64,000 bases of DNA from Lama glama (lineage: Eukaryota). The notes below the pieces were generated by a model. The model was not told where the DNA came from. It ran no database searches and saw nothing but the letters and a program-made list of their open reading frames with translations. A program made the translations under genes and the position numbers. The stretch is from NCBI GenBank assembly GCA_028534125.1, contig CM052849.1, forward strand, positions 3,224,001-3,288,000, in the 5' to 3' direction. Below are positions 25,692-37,647 of this stretch, one piece after another. The first letter of the stretch is position 1. Each line of letters begins with the position of its first letter.

Positions 25692-27534
25692 TTTTCTCAG
25701 TGCCTTTCTGTGTCTTACTCCATTTCTGTACATACTTCCCTTTATTTCTCTGGATCTGAGTCTCTCCATCTCTCAGCCTGTCTCTCTGCTTGTCTGTCCC
25801 TCCACAGATCTCTTTTCCTTTCCCCTTTCTTCCAACTGGAGAGGGAGCCCCAGTCCCCCTCACCCCACCCACCAATCCCTGGCTCTGACCTCAAGCAGGT
25901 GAGTCAGCCCTGGGATAAGAGTGATAAGAAGAGGAGCCGTAAAGGGAGGTAGATAAACACAATTCAGCCTCCTGAGCAGGAAGGAGCCAGGCAGATGCAC
26001 CCAGGGTAATAAAGTTGACCCTGGGTGAGCTCCCTCCCCTCAGGGCCTTGGACTGGCTTTGACACTGGGAAGCACCAGCCCACCTGGAACGGGGGCCACT
26101 GCAGCATCCTTGTCAATTTCACAGCCACACAGAGCGTGAAGCTGGTAAAGCAGGTGGGTGGGCACCACACCAAGGAAGAAGGCAGGGTAGCATTCTTAGC
26201 CCATTTTACAGGTGAGGGAATGAGGCTGGGGGCGACTAAATGGCCTAGCAGCTGTGGGCTGCATCCCCAATCCCTGCCCAGGGCTCGTGGGGGTCAGGCT
26301 TGTGGACTAACTCTCGAAAGGTTCACACCCAGTGAGGGTGAGGACTGGGTCCCCGTCTCCCTTGGGGACTCTGGACAGGAACCAAGAGCCAAGGGCTGGG
26401 GGGGTCTAGTTGCACTTGTAGAACACGGGCTGGAGGCTCCTGACGCCCGGGGAAGACCCTGACCTGGAGTTCTGAGAACAGTCAGCAAAGCCCTAGAAAG
26501 CTGGGCGCCCTGGGCAGGTCACCTGGCCCCTTCGACCCTTCACTGCTTCTTCTATCACCTGGACACGACTGAACCTGCCTCTCGGCTTTTCCCAGGATTG
26601 CAAGAGCCCCAGCTGGTGAATGAAGAGGTAATGCCGCAGGCGGAGTACGAGTAGGGAAGAAGAGAGGTGGGTGACTCAGGGTGCAGATGCCTCCCTTCCT
26701 GCCTCCAGGCTCCAGGGCACAAGTAGCCCTGAGCCTGTGTGCTCAGACTCCCAGGCGAGAGGCCCCAGGAGGCGCTGGGACAGAGCGGGAACAGCCTGGC
26801 CCCTGTGTGCAGCATGTAAAGCAAATGCCTGCCCTTGTCTCCCGCCAGTCTCTTACTTCCCTCTGCCTGGGTGCAAGCCTCCGACTCTTCCTCGCCATCT
26901 CCTTTTCCTCCTTCAGGTCTCAGTTCCCATGTGGCCCCCTGGCCTGCTACCTCCGGCCTGGGGCTTCCCCTGGCCCTCACCACAGCCCCCATGCGCAGCG
27001 CTGAGTTGCCTCTTGACTAGAACGGAAGCTCTAGGAGGGCAGGGATGGGGCCTGCCTTACTCTTTGCTCTTTCCCCAAAGCCTAACACTGTACCTGGCAT
27101 AGAGAAGGCTCAATCAACGTGTGTTGAACGAGTAAGTGAACAGAGGACTGAATTAATGGAAGAGAGCTTGTCTGGTGAGGAGTCAGATAAAGTTCATCTC
27201 AATACAATGTGCTAAACGCTGAGGTCCAGGGTCCAGCAAAGTCCGAACAGCTTACCTGGGAACCCAGATAAGCTGCACCCGACACACATGTGAGCCTCAG
27301 TTTCCCCAGCCACACAATGAGGGACTTGGACAAGATGGTCCTCCCTCCTAAGGACCCAGGAGGAAAGAGGCACAGGGTGTCTGCCTCCCGCCTGGGGCTT
27401 CCTCTGACACTCACCCCAGCCCCACACACAGCACTGACGTGCCCCTCATGAGAACCAAAGTCTAGGAGGGCAGAGATGAAAACTGTCTTGCTCTCTGTTC
27501 TTTCCCCGAAGACTTACATGGCACAGTTACTCAC

Positions 27535-27598
27535 CACAGACCTGGGCGAGGGCCCCCAGGCCCCCCAGCAGGAAGAAGAGGGCCCCAAGGCGCCCCAT
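27535..27598 (-). CDS. TCN2: TCN2 exon 1, coding part (signal peptide)
   Basis: ATG at 27598; MGRLGALFFLLGGLGALAQVC G|gtgagt; 64 nt hydrophobic leader. Confidence 0.93.
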
Positions 27599-28089
27599 GG
27601 CAGGAGCAGGGGTGGCAGCAGGCGGGGAGCAGGACACTACTGACCACGGCCGGGCACTGCTCCGAAAGAGGCGGCTTCCTGTCACTGATTAATCTCTCCA
27701 CGCCCGGCGGCACCAGCACGCTAAGTCAGTGGAGAAAGTGGGAGAGAAGTTCTGTAGCTGAGGGGAAAGGAAGGCCAAAGAATGGAGGAAGGAAGGGCAG
27801 GGGAGAGGAAGCCTTCCTGGAGGTGGGGGGTGAGAGGAGGGGAGGGTGAGCAGGGTGGTGAGAGAGGTCTGGAGGCAGCCGCAGTCTGGCCCTGCTGCCC
27901 AAGAGCCCTGAACCAGTGCAGAAGGGCTGCCTTCTGATCTGCTCCCAAATCTGTTCAACTGCATGTGTCCCGTCTCCCCTTAGCTGATCCAGTGGCAGAC
28001 AGGTAGGGCTGGGGTGCCTACCTGGTAGCCCTCCCAGAAGGAGCCCCGAAAGTGCCCGCCCTGCCTGGGACAGGGAGGAGGACTGGGGG

Positions 28090-28210
28090 TTGCAGTGGTC
28101 ACATGAGCCACTGCTGGGTCAGCTGTTCTCTGCCCGCCCGTCCGCCCGCCCAAAGGCGGGGGTAGCTGGACCCGGACCAGACTGGCCAGTTTTCTCAGCC
28201 AATCAGAAAG
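28090..28210 (-). promoter_or_regulatory. TCN2: TCN2 TATA-less promoter: E-box, GC boxes, CCAAT
   Basis: GTCACATG at 28098-28105, clustered gcccgccc/ggcggg at about 28131-28161, CCAAT at 28199-28203. Confidence 0.65.
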
Positions 28211-29835
28211 CTGTGAGCCTCCTGGAGACAAAACAAAGCAATTTAAGGAATGAGATTTAATTATTTGAGACACAAAACCATGGTTAGCAGGGCCACTTGT
28301 TGGGACTAGGGAAGGAAACTGAAAAAAAATCTCTGCAAGGAGGGAGAACAAAGGATTCCTCATCTAGCTCCACAGAGAACTCTATGTCCAAGAGTTAGCT
28401 CTGGCAGTGCTGTGTGACCTTGGCCAGGTGACTTAACCTCTCTGAGTTTGAAATAGTTTCTCCGTTGCAAGATGAAGGGGTTGGACAAGGTCATTCCAAG
28501 TCAACTCATGAAGATGCTATGAACTTAAAACATCTCTAACCATTCCTAAATAAAATTTATACTGCAATCATTTTATGGCAAATTGCTAAGGTTCATTCTT
28601 TCAAGATAATTTGGTTTTGTGTCTGACTTATCACAAGCCAATAAATAAATACAGAGATGTATGTCTGTTCACAGAAGTACTTCGTAAACTTAAAATTAGA
28701 TTGTCCAGTGCAAGAAAGCTGGGTGTGGTCCATCAGGGTGAAGTTCCTGCGAAGGAGGGAGGCCAGCAGGAGGCCCCACTTCTGCAGATCCTCAGGTTTG
28801 GATTTCCAGGGGGCTTTGGAAATTTGTATGCAAAGGGGCTGCTCCGGCTCTGCAACCCTCTGCCTGTGGCAGTTGGCAATGATTCTGTTTCCTGCCGCCT
28901 CCAGGAAGACAGACTGGAGGAGACAGCTGCAGAGGAGATGCTCCCTTACCCAGCCTCTGGTGGGAAGCGGCTTCCTTGCAAAAGTCACCTCTGATCCCCG
29001 AGGTCTTGGAGGTACCACGGTGACCAGTGGGGAGGAGGTGCATTTTCTACAGCTATTAGAAATAGAGTGATTGATTGGGGGCGGAGCTGGAACTTTTTAG
29101 GTAATGCAGTTAGGGAAAGTGAGAAAGAAAGATGAATAAATCATTTTATTCAGGATTTCTATTTGGGGTCTATAGCTGAGAAAGCAAAGATTAGCTTGGA
29201 ATAAGCAAGTAAAAATTTGCCTGTCCATGCATCAGGACAGGCACAAAGAAAGCCAGCTTCACAAAGGAAATAAACAGGAAACATTATTTCTCCTGAGGTC
29301 ATGTTACAGCTGTAAAGTGTCCCAACAGCCGTGTTGTTTGAGTGACTGATGCTTTTTTACTGAGATTTCTCTCCCCCTCTAAAATCACAGACTATCAGGA
29401 ATTTACTGTTTGAAATCATATTAGTAACAAAGAAACATTCCCGGAGGAGCCAAGCCACTTTGACACAGGGAAGCAGCCCTGGTAAGGAATTTCTGGACTC
29501 AACATTCTATGCCTGTCTCAACTTTGTAGTTTCCAAGGAAACAGGATACTTTCCTGCCCAGACCTGATGCTGACCCTTCACACAGCTTTGCATTGTGATG
29601 AGCCTATCCAAATGCTGCTTGGTTTACATTTCACCTAACCCTACCCTTCACCCAAATCCTGTAAAAAAACCTTGCCCTTTGTGTGGTCAGACCCCCACAG
29701 TTCCTTTCCCTCATTGCAGTGGGTCAACTAAGCTGACTTTGTCAGACCAAACGTTTGTCCCTGGTGGTCTTAGGATGACTGGGCTAAGACACGGCCTAAA
29801 AAAGAATCCAACAGGAAAAAAATTAAACTGTAGGC

Positions 29836-29990
29836 ATGAACAAGGATATATTGTACAGCACAGGGAATACAGCCAAAATTGTATAAGAACTATAAATGGA
29901 ACTTATCTCTCAAATTTGTAAATCACTATGTTGTACACCTGAAACTTACATAATGTTATACATTAACCATACGTCAATTTAAAAAAAAAG
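29836..29990 (+). mobile_element. 5'-truncated LINE-1 3' end
   Basis: gtacagcacagggaat...ctatgttgtacacctgaaac followed by a poly-A, typical of laurasiatherian L1 3' termini. Confidence 0.65.
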
Positions 29991-30974
29991 GTGAAGTGAA
30001 AAAAACTGTATGCGTGAAGGAGGCATGAGAAGAATGAATATAACAAATCTATGATTGTATGGTTATAAATGGAATACCCATTTTCTTAAATTAAAAATGT
30101 AAATATATTAAAATCTTATTTTAGAGCCCATTTAACATAGAAATAAATTCATAATTAATCTTAAACTTTAAAAATTACATAAGTAACACATGTGGACTGC
30201 ACAAAAAATTAGCAAATGTGTGGAAGGAGGAGGAAGAGGAGGAGGGAAAGAAAAGAAAAATCACTGATGGTCCTGCAACCCAGAGGGTTGTTTTCAAAGT
30301 GCAGCCTGTGGATCCTTGGGGGTCTCCAACACATTTCTAGGGAGTCTGTGAGTTCAGAATTACTTTAAAGAATACTACAACATTCTCTGCCTTGTTCACT
30401 GTTTGGGCATTTGCACTGATGGTGTAAACCAGTGGCATCTAAAATTGCTGGTGCCTTAGCAGGAATCAGGGCACTGACACCAAACTACACTAGTAGTCAC
30501 TGTATTCTTTGCCCCCATGACCTCCGGGGGTAGCGGGGGGAGTTGGTTTTACTTAAGAATGTCCTTAATAAGGCAAAAAAAATTAATGTATTAAATCTCA
30601 ACCAAAACACCCAAAATAGGGTCATCCTATAGACCTGGACTCCAGGCTTACCCCTATGGCCTTTGGCAAGAGTCCTACCCTTTCTAAGCCTGCTCCTTGT
30701 AAAATGGGAGTGGGGCACTGTGCTCACAGGTGTCTCACGAGGATCAAACAAGAATCCTCGTAAAATGCTTAGCACGGTGCCTGGCACATGGTCCAGGCAC
30801 ACTCGATTTCAGCTCTTATTAATATTCATCTGTCAACATCCAGGAAAGAAAATGTTACAGGGAAGAGTCAGTGTCCACTCAGCAAGTTTCCAAATTCTAA
30901 GGGTCTGGGTTCCAGCTAAGTAAGAGAAAACAGGCTTGCACATGAGACTGTGGGACCATCTTAGGCCACATAAC

Positions 30975-31469
30975 TGAAGGGGGTCAGATTGAACCTCCCC
31001 AAAACACACCACCTTGGCATGTAGATTCTTTAGCACTAAAGGCAGTTGAGACCCTGCAGGCTCGAGAGAAATGTCTGTCTCTCCCTTAACTGCCTAGAAG
31101 AATTTAAATTGTAGGTATTTCCCAGAATGAGAGTTATTACCAGATACAAATTTTATCTGAGTGATCCATCTGGATAGCAGGGCGAACATCTCATTACCAA
31201 GCATCTGCTCTACTTCTTGTCCTGTGAATTGTCCTGTTCTGTGAATGGTCCTCCTGCCTGTTGAAGCCCTGAGGCCCAGTCCCATTCCTTAGCTCAGGGT
31301 GGCACATATATCTCATTCTACCCTCTGTCTTTGACTCTCTCATGTACGTAAGGTTCCTGTACTTACAAAATTAAATCTGATTTTCTGTTACTGTGTCTCA
31401 TGTGAATTTGATCATCGGACCAGTGGAAAGAAACTTTAAAGGGGAGAGGGAAATTCTTTCTCCTCAACA
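30975..31469 (+). mobile_element. ERV LTR (MER34-like)
   Basis: TG...CA ends (tgaaggggg...ctcctcaaca) and LTR-like internal motifs; family assignment from memory. Confidence 0.5.
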
Positions 31470-31639
31470 TGATGCTCGGAAGCGTCCGATGATGCTGTGG
31501 CAGGATTTGAGTAGTCCTGTCTGATAGCCTTCCCCTTGTCCTCCAAGGGTAGCTGTCTTAACAGGACCCCAGGAGGGGACACACTGGAATCCTGCTAGCA
31601 GGTCCCAGGAGCGCTGTTCAGACAGATCCTTGGAACTGT

Positions 31640-33760
31640 CTGGAATTTGCAGATAAGAGAATGAGAAGCAAGCTACAAAGTGGGAGAAAATATTTGCAAA
31701 TGATATACCTAATAAAAGACTATTATTATCCAAAGAATTCTTAAAACTCAACAATAAGAAAACAAACAACCCAATTTAAAAACAGACCCAAGACCTGAAC
31801 AGACATCTCACCAAAGATGATCTACAGATGGCAAAAAAGCCTATGAAAAGATGATCCATTTCATATGTCACCATATAGTTGCAAATTACAACTGATATCA
31901 CTATATAAGTATTAGAATAGCTCAAACCCAAAACACTGACAGCATCAAATGCTGGCGAGGATGTGGAGCAACAGGAACTGTCACTCATTGCTAGTGGGAA
32001 TGTAATTGTCAATTTCATGGTACAGACACTTTGGAAGATACTGGTCAATTTCTAACCAAGCAAAACATAGCTTCACTGTCAGATTCCACAATCGTGCTCC
32101 TAGCCTTTTACCCAACAGACTTGAATACTTCTGTCCACACAAAAATCTGCATGTGAAAGTTTACGACAACTTTATTCATAATTTTAAATACTGGAGGCAA
32201 CCAATGTGTTCCTCCATAGGTGAATGGATAAACACACTCTGGTACATATACACAATAAAATGTTATATAACTAAAAATAGCAATGAAAAGAAATGAGCTA
32301 TCAAGCCACAAAAAGACAAAGATGAAACTTAAATGCATACTGCTAAGTGAAGAAAGAGGTGAGACTGAAAAACCTCCAATTATTCCAATTACGTAACATT
32401 GTGGAAAGGGCAAAACTAGAGAGATAGTAAGATCAGTGGTTGCCAGAGGTTGCAGGGGAAGGAGTAGGGGAGAGTGGGTGGGACAGGTGAAGCAAGCACT
32501 GGGGATTTTTCAGCACGGTAAACTGTACAATAGTACAATGGTGGATACCTAATACTATGTATTTGTCAAAACCTACAGAACTTTACAACACAGAGTGAAC
32601 GTAATGCATGCAAATTTAAAAACAAGTCATTTAGGAGATCAGAGGATCCCAGGATAGAATGCAGATGGTGACAATCTAACTGTATTACAACTGTATGAAA
32701 CAACCTCACCAATGGGATAGGGGAAAGGGTGCTGACCTAAGAAACTGTGAAAATGAGTGGGGTCTGTAAGAATAAAGGTAAAAGGATCTGCACATAAGCA
32801 CTATATCATGAGGGCATGAGTTAATAATTCTGATGTCAGTAGACATGTGTACTGGAATTGAACAATTAAGTAAATGGATGGCAGATTACGGAAGGCAGGT
32901 TTCTCACTGTTAAGAGTGGGGGTTTACAGATCAGAATGGGGGAGGCTAGAATGATCCAAATGGTGACAGATTAGAGGTGGAGACATCAGTATGAATTCAT
33001 ATCTAGCTTAATATAGTCAAAGATGGTTACACCTAGAAATATTTATAGGTATGTATGTATACAGCATAATCATATATATACAAACATACTTTTTGCTCTG
33101 TCAGCAGAGAAGGCCTAGAAGCAAAAATAGCAGCAGTAAGATTACCAGGCGCCCAGCTTTTGGTTTATAATAACCATTCTCCAATAAGAGGACAGGTTTC
33201 CCTAGAGAAGAGGCTGATACTAGGACTGGGACAAGAAATATGCAACGTGATACTAGTACATGCACACACGCTCAAAGTACCCTCTAGTGGCCAAAACTGG
33301 AACAACTAGTGCAACAAAATAAAATGGTGTTAGATTGAAACCCAAAGTAAAAAATAAATATCCATGCGTCCATACTGATATAAATGATTAAATAAATGAA
33401 TGATGACATAGACTGAATGTTGTGTCCCCCTCAAATTCCTATGTTGAAACCTAATCCCTCATGCCATGGATTCTGGCATTGAGGCCTTTTGGGGGTCATT
33501 AGCAGCCCTCATGAATGGGATTAATCCCCTTACAAAATGTCACATGGTATTCTGGAACAGAAAAAAAAAATGATAATAGGTTAAAAATTAAGGAACTCTA
33601 AATAAAGTGTGTTAATAATAAAGTATCAGTATCGATTCTTTGAGGTATATGGAAATTCTCTGTTCTATCTATTGAATTTTTATGTAAAACTAAAACTGTT
33701 CCAAAAAAATGAAGTCTACTTTTCTTTTTTAAAGAGGAGTTTCCTTAAAATGATAACCTC
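31640..33760 (+). mobile_element. Old LINE-1 (L1M) ORF2 3' end and 3' UTR
   Basis: tgggagaaaatatttgcaaa...ctcaacaataagaaaacaaacaacccaatt...gaggatgtggagcaacaggaact, classic L1 3' ORF2 sequence; A-rich plus strand. Confidence 0.8.
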
Positions 33761-34079
33761 ATCATTTTTCTGGGCTTTGAAGATACTTTTGCTGATATTC
33801 TTAAATAAATAATCCCATGCTCTGGGGAGTCTACTGATTTTAAGCAACTTATGGAAGGCAGGGGTCTTCTGTGAGACTACATTAAAAGTGATGATATTTT
33901 AACCAGCTACTCAAGAACTCACATCTTGATTTTAACTGTTCTTAGTAGAAACTAAAATCTCAGTATCATCTTTTTGATAGTTTACCAAATATCATAGATA
34001 TTGATTTTAATTTTGTCTCAATCAGCCTATCCACACTAATTTTATGCTTCTTTTTGCAAGTTTAATTTTAAAAATGTGA

Positions 34080-35510
34080 TTTCAAAAAGTATGAGCATTT
34101 AAGAGTCACAGAAAATAGAGTACAACGGTCCAACATGAATCTAGTGGAAACTACAGAAGGAAAAAAAATGGTCAGAAAGAAGAGGCAATATTTGCAAACA
34201 CAACAGTTGAGGATTTTCCAGAATTGAGGAAAGATATCAGTCATTAGAATGAGGAATCCCAGTGAATCTCAAGCTGGATCAGATGACATAAAATGACATG
34301 TTATCTACGAAGAGACAATAATATTACTGATGGATAACTTTTCAATAATAACAATGAAAGCCAGATCAGACTAGAACGAGATCTTCATTGTGTTGAGAGA
34401 AATCACCAGCCAATTGGAATTCTATACCCAGTGAAATTATCACTCAAAAACAAAACTTAAGAGTAAAATAAAGGTATTTTAAGATAACCAAAAACTGAGA
34501 GTTTACTTGCAGTAGAGTCTTACTAATATACCTCTAGAAAAGGAAAAATGATTCCAGGAGAGAAAGATGTAAAAAAGAATGAGAGCAAAGAAAATGTCAA
34601 GCCTGAGGATAAATGTAAACAAATGTTGACTACAGAAAACAACACCCAGGGGGTGAGAAGGGACAGACTGGGAGTTCAAGATTGGTAGATATTGACAGGT
34701 ATATATAGAATAGATAAACAAGTTTATACTGTATAGCACAGGGAAATATATTCAAGATCTTGTAGTAGATCACAGTGAAAAAGGATATGAAAATGAATAT
34801 AAGTATATTCACGTTTGACTGAAAAATTGTGCTGTACACCAGAAATGGACACAACATTGTAAAATGACTAAAACGCAATTAAAAAAATAAGTAAAATGGA
34901 AAAACAAGAAAACAACACCCACAATGTGTACTATACAGAATTTAAAAACCAAGATAAAGTTCAACAGTTGTACACAGGTCTAGAGGGATCAGGTTGGAGT
35001 TAAAGTATACTAAGATCCTTCTACTATTTCTGAAGAGGACAAAGATAATGATTAACTTTAGGATCTGCTAAGTCTTATGATTTAGTTAAAAATTTTGGAT
35101 AATTATTAAAAGAACAGGAACAAAGCATGTAACTTCATAGAGGGGGAAATGGAATTTAGTGTGGGGAGAAATTAATCTAAAAACAAAAAGGAGGGAGAGG
35201 AAAAAGAAACCTAGAAAAAGTGAATAGATAGAACAAAAATTAGAAGAAATAAACCCAAATATATCAGCTATCACAATCCATGTAAATGGATTAAACTGTC
35301 CAGTTCAAGAGCAAAGATTATCAGATTGGTTAAAAAAAATCCAGCTATATTCTGTTTTCAAGAGAAACTCCTGTAACATAAAAATACAAGATTGAAAGGA
35401 AAAGGTCAGAGAAAGAGATACCAGATAAATACCAACCAAAAAAAGTTGGTTTAGCTATATTAATATCTGATCAAATAGTCTTGGGCAAAAAGCATTAAGA
35501 GATAAAGACG
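34080..35510 (+). mobile_element. Old LINE-1 ORF1 / ORF2-start remnant
   Basis: aattttcca/ttctatacccag ORF1-like stretches and tgtaaatggattaaac...aaagattatcagattgg, the ORF2 endonuclease start. Confidence 0.65.
34649..34906 (+). mobile_element. Younger 5'-truncated L1 insertion with a perfect 15-bp TSD
   Basis: agaaaacaacaccca at 34634-34648 and 34907-34921; L1 3' terminus (ctgtatagcacagggaaatatattcaa...gctgtacaccagaaa) plus A-rich tail. Confidence 0.85.
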
Positions 35511-36114
35511 GTATTATCAGATTGTCTTTTGCAAGGATGGCTGCATCTTTGTCCACCCCCCACCCCCGGCCCACGGTGATCTTCTATAATTTTGTCATTC
35601 ATCCGCAAAGTCTAAACCCCCTCCCTTTGAATCTGGGCAGATTTGTAAACTGCTTGTAAGTAGCAGAATGTAGGATAAGTGATAAGGTCAGAAAAGAAAA
35701 TGCACTGTCACCTTGCTCATGGCAAGCCTTGAAAGCTATTGTGTAAGCAGTCCAACTGCCCTTAGGCTGCTACCCTGGGTGGACGCCTCAACTGGCCTAC
35801 AAAAGTAACCCACAGGACTACCTGAAGAGAGAGAGCCCCCAGCTTCTCCAGCCCTCAGACTAGTCCAGCTTTTATGACTGCAACTGCACAGAAGACTCAG
35901 ACTGAACCATGAGATAACAAAATGATTCTTGTTTTAAGTCACTACATTTGGGGATGATTTGTTACACAAGAAGAGTGACTAGAACAGAGACTTACTACAT
36001 ATTATATTAATAAAAGAGTCAATTCACTAAGAAGGTTTTTTAAAAATCATTCTAGACCTAAAAATATAACTGAAAAATATAAAGTGAATTGTGATAAAAC
36101 TGCAAGGAGAAACA

Positions 36115-36695
36115 GAGTTCTGGCCTTTGCCCTTGGCTTCTGGGAGATAATCTCTAAGCCCATGGAATGTCATGCCTGATAGGAGTGCCTTTGTTTGCCT
36201 AGGAGTCTGAAACCAGACAGACAGTAACAGTGTGATTTAGGGTGGGGACTTTGGTTCATGTGATACCAGCTTTGCACTTCCTGAGGGCTGGAAATTGACA
36301 TCAGCTACACGGGCAGTCAACCCTGTTTATGTGATGGAGCCCCAATAAAGACTCTGGACACCAAGACTTAGTTTCCTGGTTGGCAATACTCCGTGCTTAG
36401 AGTCACACATTGATACCAGGAAAGTAACACTGTCCTGAGTCTCTGGAGAGAGGATGACTAAGCTCTACGTTTGGTACTTTGCTATACTCTGTCCCACCTG
36501 TCTCTTCCCTTGGCTGATTTTAATGTGTATCCTTTCCCTGTAATAAACAGTTAACTGTGAGTATAACAGCTTTCATCAAGTCCTGAAAGTCCTTCTAGTG
36601 ACTTATCAAAACTGAGGGTGATCTCAGGGATCCTTGAACTTGCGACTGTTATCAGAAGTGAGGGTAGCCTTGTGGTCTGTTCCCTAACTCCACAG
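36115..36695 (+). mobile_element. ERV LTR (MER21-like)
   Basis: cccaataaagactctggacacc...cctggttggcaatact...gtaataaac motifs; family assignment from memory. Confidence 0.55.
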
Positions 36696-37197
36696 TTGTT
36701 ACACTTTTGCATGACCTGATTTCCATCAAGAATAGAATGGATAAAGTATGGTACATTCTGCATGGCAGTTAGCATGAGTAAACATCCACACAGCAATAGG
36801 GATGAATTTCACAAGCATAATGTTGAATGAAAAAAGCCAGACAAAAATGAAAACAGCCTGCAGGGAACTAAGATCTCCGTGAACGTCTCAGTGCTCCTGC
36901 GAAAAGCCCTAGCCTCCTCTAACCTTCTTTAAGGGGAGTAAATTGGCACTCATATAGAAAGTTTCCATCGACTCTCATTTCACTGCCTTTGGGTCTAGGT
37001 GTGAGGAATTAATGTTACTCTGGCTGTTAATCTGAGTATCAACATAGAGTTCTTTTCCCTGACCCAGAAGTCTCGTGTTTCTGCAATTTTCATATATAAA
37101 AATTACTTATTTGTGTGAGGTGGGTAACAACTCTGGCCCTTCACTGTTCTTTAGCTAGCAGACAAAACATGCTATGAGATTAAATTGATATTTTAAA

Positions 37198-37647
37198 TGT
37201 CGACTGAAAAAATTGCACAATCTAAAAGTTGAAAATTACGTTTTATTTGGCAGACTTGCTGAGGACTTAAGCCCAGGAGACAGCCTCTCAGATGGCTATG
37301 AGGGACTGTCCCAAAGAGGTAAGGGAGAAGCCAGGATATACAGGAGTTTTTGAAGAAAAAAAACAAACCCAGGTAGTCATAATGTCCAAAAATTACTGTT
37401 AATTAAATAAAATACAGACATCGCAAGTTAATGAATTTAGTGCTTTTCTATGTGTGGGAAGATGCAAGAGTCTGGGCTCACTGAAATCATTCCTTTGATA
37501 AACATCTTAACTATCTAGGACCAGGATCCTGATTTTCTCTATTCCAAATCCCCTCAGGGTGCAGTCTGGGCAGCTGCAGTAGCTGACAATTTGATGGTTA
37601 CAACACCCTTTGTTTACTGATACAGCAGGCAACAATTTTCATTCACA
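37198..37647 (-). mobile_element. Solo ERV1-like LTR, reverse orientation
   Basis: TGT...ACA ends, minus-strand AATAAA, near 4-bp TSD (taaa/caaa); terminus similar to the LTR at 15.7-16.2 kb. Confidence 0.7.

Noticed and set aside
24963-25952. Long ORFs of 248-281 aa in the ORF track
   Set aside because: Artefacts of reading through the N gap.
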